In this document: one piece after another, positions 61,633-64,000 of the stretch
Layout: each line of letters begins with the position of its first letter
Numbering within the stretch: the stretch's first letter is position 1
The notes under the pieces: generated by a model
Seen by the model: the letters and a program-made list of their open reading frames with translations, nothing else
What the model was told of the DNA's origin: nothing
Database searches by the model: none
Assembly: GCA_964526965.1 (NCBI GenBank)
Contig: CAZGML010000001.1
Location: 19,667-83,666 of the forward strand
DNA length: 64,000 bases
Reading direction: 5' to 3'
DNA from: an uncultured Sphaerobacteraceae bacterium
GTDB lineage: Bacteria; Chloroflexota; Chloroflexia; Thermomicrobiales; UBA6265
Translations under genes and position numbers: made by a program

Positions 61633-63171
61633 ATGGAGCTTTCTGACCTGCAAGAAATTCGGCGACAAAAGGTCGACGATTTACGCGAACTTGGTGTGGA
61701 ACCCTACCCCACGCGAGCCGAGCGTACCCATACCAACGCGGAGGCGATCGCGCTGTTCGAGGCGGAGGAAAAAGCCGAGTCCCTGGATGAAAACGGTCAT
61801 TCAAGTGAAACGGTCATGCTTGTTGGACGTATCGTCAGCTTCCGCCATATGGGCAAAACCGTTTTCGCCCACATTCGCGATGGTCAAGGTGAAATTCAGC
61901 TCTATGTCCGCAAGGACCAAATCGGCGAGGCCGAGTATCAAAACCTGCTCAAGCTGTATGATCTTGGCGATTTTGTCAGCGCTACAGGCACCCTCTTCCG
62001 CACACGCATGGGCGAAATTTCGTTGGGCGTGAGTTCGATCACCATGCTCTCCAAGGCGCTGAACGCTCCGCCGGAGAAATGGCACGGCCTGACAGATATC
62101 GATACGCGCTACCGACAGCGTTATGCCGACCTGATTGCAAACGAGGAAACCCGCCGCGTATTTGCCAGGCGGTCAAAGGTTGTGTCCGAGATTCGACGTT
62201 ACATGGATTCTCATGGATTCATGGAAGTAGAGACGCCGATCCTGCAGCCGCTCTATGGCGGCGCTGCTGCCCGGCCATTCACAACCCACCACAATACGCT
62301 CGACCAGACCTTCTACCTGCGAATTGCCGACGAGCTGTATTTGAAGCGACTGCTGGTTGGCGGGTACGAGAAGGTCTACGAGATCGCAAAGAACTTCCGT
62401 AACGAGGGTATGGACCGCAACCACTCTCCGGAGTTCACAATGATGGAGTGGTACGAGGCCTACTCCGACTATGAGGAACAGATGGAGTTCGTGGAGGAGT
62501 TGATTCACCACGTGGTCCAGCAAGTCTTCGACGGCCCGACATTTGAGTATCAGGGCAACACGATCGATGTAACTCCGCCCTGGCCACGCCAGACCCTGCG
62601 GGAAGCGATTCTCGAACGCAGCGGTATCGACTACACCGAATATCCCGAAGCGGAGGACCTGATTCGCGTGGCTCGTGAGAAGGGTGCGCAAATCGAAGAT
62701 GGCACGGTTTGGCCACGAGCCGTGGATGAACTGCTGAAGCAGTTCGTGCGACCGTACCTGATTCAGCCACAGTTCCTGACGGATTATCCAATTGAGCTGA
62801 GCCCACTCGCCAAGAAGAAGCCCGATGATCCAACACACGTCGAGCGATTCCAGCCGTACATCGGCGGTGGCGAAATCGGCAACAGCTTCACAGAGCTCAA
62901 CGATCCGGTGGACCAGATCGCCCGGTTCAAGGAGCAGCGGAAGGATGCCGAGGCCGGCGACGAAGAAGCAATGCCCCTCGACGAAGACTTTATCAACGCG
63001 CTCATGTACGGCATGCCTCCTACTGGCGGTGTCGGAATTGGCATCGACCGCCTGGTGATGTTGCTGACAGACCAGCACACGATCCGCGACGTCATTCTCT
63101 TCCCGGCTATGCGCAACCTGCCAGCGCATGAAAACGGCATAGGCGAGGATAATTCCGACGCCGGAGAGTAG
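61633..63171 (+). CDS. lysS: Lysine-tRNA ligase, class II
   Basis: The OB-fold region GRIVSFRHMGKTVFAHIRDGQGEIQLYV, motif 2 FRNEGMDRNHSPEFTMMEWY and motif 3 GGVGIGIDRLVMLL are present. Confidence 0.97.
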   Translation: MELSDLQEIRRQKVDDLRELGVEPYPTRAERTHTNAEAIALFEAEEKAESLDENGHSSETVMLVGRIVSFRHMGKTVFAHIRDGQGEIQLYVRKDQIGEAEYQNLLKLYDLGDFVSATGTLFRTRMGEISLGVSSITMLSKALNAPPEKWHGLTDIDTRYRQRYADLIANEETRRVFARRSKVVSEIRRYMDSHGFMEVETPILQPLYGGAAARPFTTHHNTLDQTFYLRIADELYLKRLLVGGYEKVYEIAKNFRNEGMDRNHSPEFTMMEWYEAYSDYEEQMEFVEELIHHVVQQVFDGPTFEYQGNTIDVTPPWPRQTLREAILERSGIDYTEYPEAEDLIRVAREKGAQIEDGTVWPRAVDELLKQFVRPYLIQPQFLTDYPIELSPLAKKKPDDPTHVERFQPYIGGGEIGNSFTELNDPVDQIARFKEQRKDAEAGDEEAMPLDEDFINALMYGMPPTGGVGIGIDRLVMLLTDQHTIRDVILFPAMRNLPAHENGIGEDNSDAGE

Positions 63172-63231
63172 CAGACACCGGCGCGACAGGATATGCTGAA
63201 CACAACAGGGTGAGAGATAGAGGAGCGCTTG

Positions 63232-63372
63232 ATGTCGATTAAAGATAAAATGGAAAACGAGAGCGGAATATACAAGCTCGGCTTCAATCTGTGGTCGTTT
63301 CTGGGGATTGCCTTCCCAATTGCGTTCACAGTTCTGGTCGGCGGGCTTTTGGCACTGCTCTTCGTCTTCTAG
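63232..63372 (+). CDS. Small single-TM protein (46 aa), below the ORF-track size cut-off
   Basis: GAGGAG lies 7 nt upstream of ATG 63232. The product is MSIKDKMENESGIYKLGFNLWSFLGIAFPIAFTVLVGGLLALLFVF*, and a strong terminator follows directly. Confidence 0.45.
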   Translation: MSIKDKMENESGIYKLGFNLWSFLGIAFPIAFTVLVGGLLALLFVF

Positions 63373-63375
63373 AGA

Positions 63376-63424
63376 AAAACAGTTCACCCCGGGCATCGTA
63401 CGTGATGCCCGGGGTGAACTGTTT
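63376..63424. terminator. Long perfect hairpin, probable bidirectional terminator
   Basis: aaacagttcaccccgggcatc...gatgcccggggtgaactgttt forms a stem of about 20 bp between convergent genes. Confidence 0.7.
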
Positions 63425-63428
63425 AAGG

Positions 63429-64000
63429 CTATTCGCCGGTTACCTCCAGCAATACCAGTTGTTGGATCTGTGTCTCGAAATCGAAGTTGTTGTCGTTTGC
63501 AAGCACCAGGGCACGATTACCATTTGGCAGGTCGGGGCCGAAGGCCATGCCCTCAAGGTTGTCGATCGGATACAACTCGGCTTTGTTCAGGTCGATCACC
63601 AGTCGTCGAGAAACCGGTGTGATGTCGGCATCGAGTAGCGACTCGACGCCGTGAACATCGGTAGCGTTGGATACATCCAGCTCCCAAATTCGAATGTAAT
63701 TTTCGAATTCGCCATCGGCATCCGCAATGGTGGTGCGTACCAGCGCAAGCATGCGAGTGTCATCCAGCACAAGGATCTCCGACATTCCACTCGACGTGTA
63801 TTGCGCACCTTCTGGCGCATCGATCGGATCCAGCTCGACGGCGTACTCGCACAGGATTTTACCGGCGCGGTCGATATTTATGATCCGCACCAGGGCGCCG
63901 TTATCCGGGGTCGGAACCGGCCCATCCTGATAGAGCGGATGCTCCATTCCAATCCAGACCGTTTCGCCATCCGCTGAGAAGCTGAGGCCTTCGAAGGTGT
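63429..64000 (-). CDS. Phytase-like esterase family (beta-propeller) protein, C-terminal part; the 5' end lies outside the window
   Basis: The reading frame is open to the window edge. The C-terminus NLEGMAFGPDLPNGNRALVLANDNNFDFETQIQQLVLLEV is typical of the esterase-like-activity-of-phytase family. Confidence 0.6.
   Translation of the reverse strand, partial: TFEGLSFSADGETVWIGMEHPLYQDGPVPTPDNGALVRIINIDRAGKILCEYAVELDPIDAPEGAQYTSSGMSEILVLDDTRMLALVRTTIADADGEFENYIRIWELDVSNATDVHGVESLLDADITPVSRRLVIDLNKAELYPIDNLEGMAFGPDLPNGNRALVLANDNNFDFETQIQQLVLLEVTGE

Noticed and set aside
62173-63396. A 407-aa minus-strand ORF
   Set aside because: It is antisense to lysS, which has clear class II motifs 2 and 3. 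It is a shadow ORF.
1-64000. A scan for CRISPR arrays, rRNA genes, transposases, integrases, IS ends and prophage genes
   Set aside because: None was found. The only repeats are the intragenic cupredoxin units, the 11-mer cluster at 48.3 kb and the paralogous gene pairs. The only foreign-looking DNA is the toxin-antitoxin cassette at 8.6-9.9 kb.

Overview
This is a 64-kb chromosomal segment from a G+C-rich bacterium. Lines I hand-counted run about 60% G+C, except for one roughly 40% island. All family calls come from reading motifs in the translations; no database search was possible. The acidic proteome, the auracyanin-like copper loops and the DnaK and LysS sequences look Chloroflexota-like, but that is inference only.

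I support about 62 protein genes, one tRNA-Leu(CAA), several intrinsic terminators and a few operator or promoter candidates. I found no rRNA, CRISPR array, transposase, integrase or phage genes.

Main content, in order:
- aminotransferase and hydroxypyruvate isomerase (divergent), upp, pepF
- an ABC-2 type exporter operon whose first permease carries an in-frame TAG
- two paralogous M20 peptidase genes bracketing a low-GC opposite-strand cassette (zinc-ribbon protein plus AbrB/PIN toxin-antitoxin pair)
- darA, IMPase, tsaD, rimI, tRNA-Leu, and an orphan family-5 solute-binding protein
- GH29 fucosidase and LCP protein, RNase Z, an RNHCP protein
- an HTH/VapC toxin-antitoxin pair with a trailing zinc-ribbon membrane gene
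- PMM/PGM with a DUF402 protein
- pccB, a small epsilon-like ORF and ggt, all translationally coupled, divergent from pta-ackA
- a padR module, Mn catalase, and hrcA-grpE-dnaK with a CIRCE element
- a monocistronic gene for a Tat lipoprotein made of five tandem cupredoxin modules
- an envelope cluster (DUF2207, tagA-like, zinc-finger membrane protein, murJ)
- a Fur-family regulator with a metal ABC ATPase and permease, two tandem L,D-transpeptidases, and greA-lysS

The most unusual item is the five-module blue-copper lipoprotein at 45339-47276, which contains a near-identical 363-bp internal tandem duplication and one ligand-less module. Other items worth a second look are the interrupted ABC-2 permease, a highly structured convergent intergenic region with a four-copy 11-mer (48279-48446), the pccB-epsilon-ggt coupling, a GraL-like leader in front of greA, and a methyltransferase-fold protein with a destroyed SAM loop.
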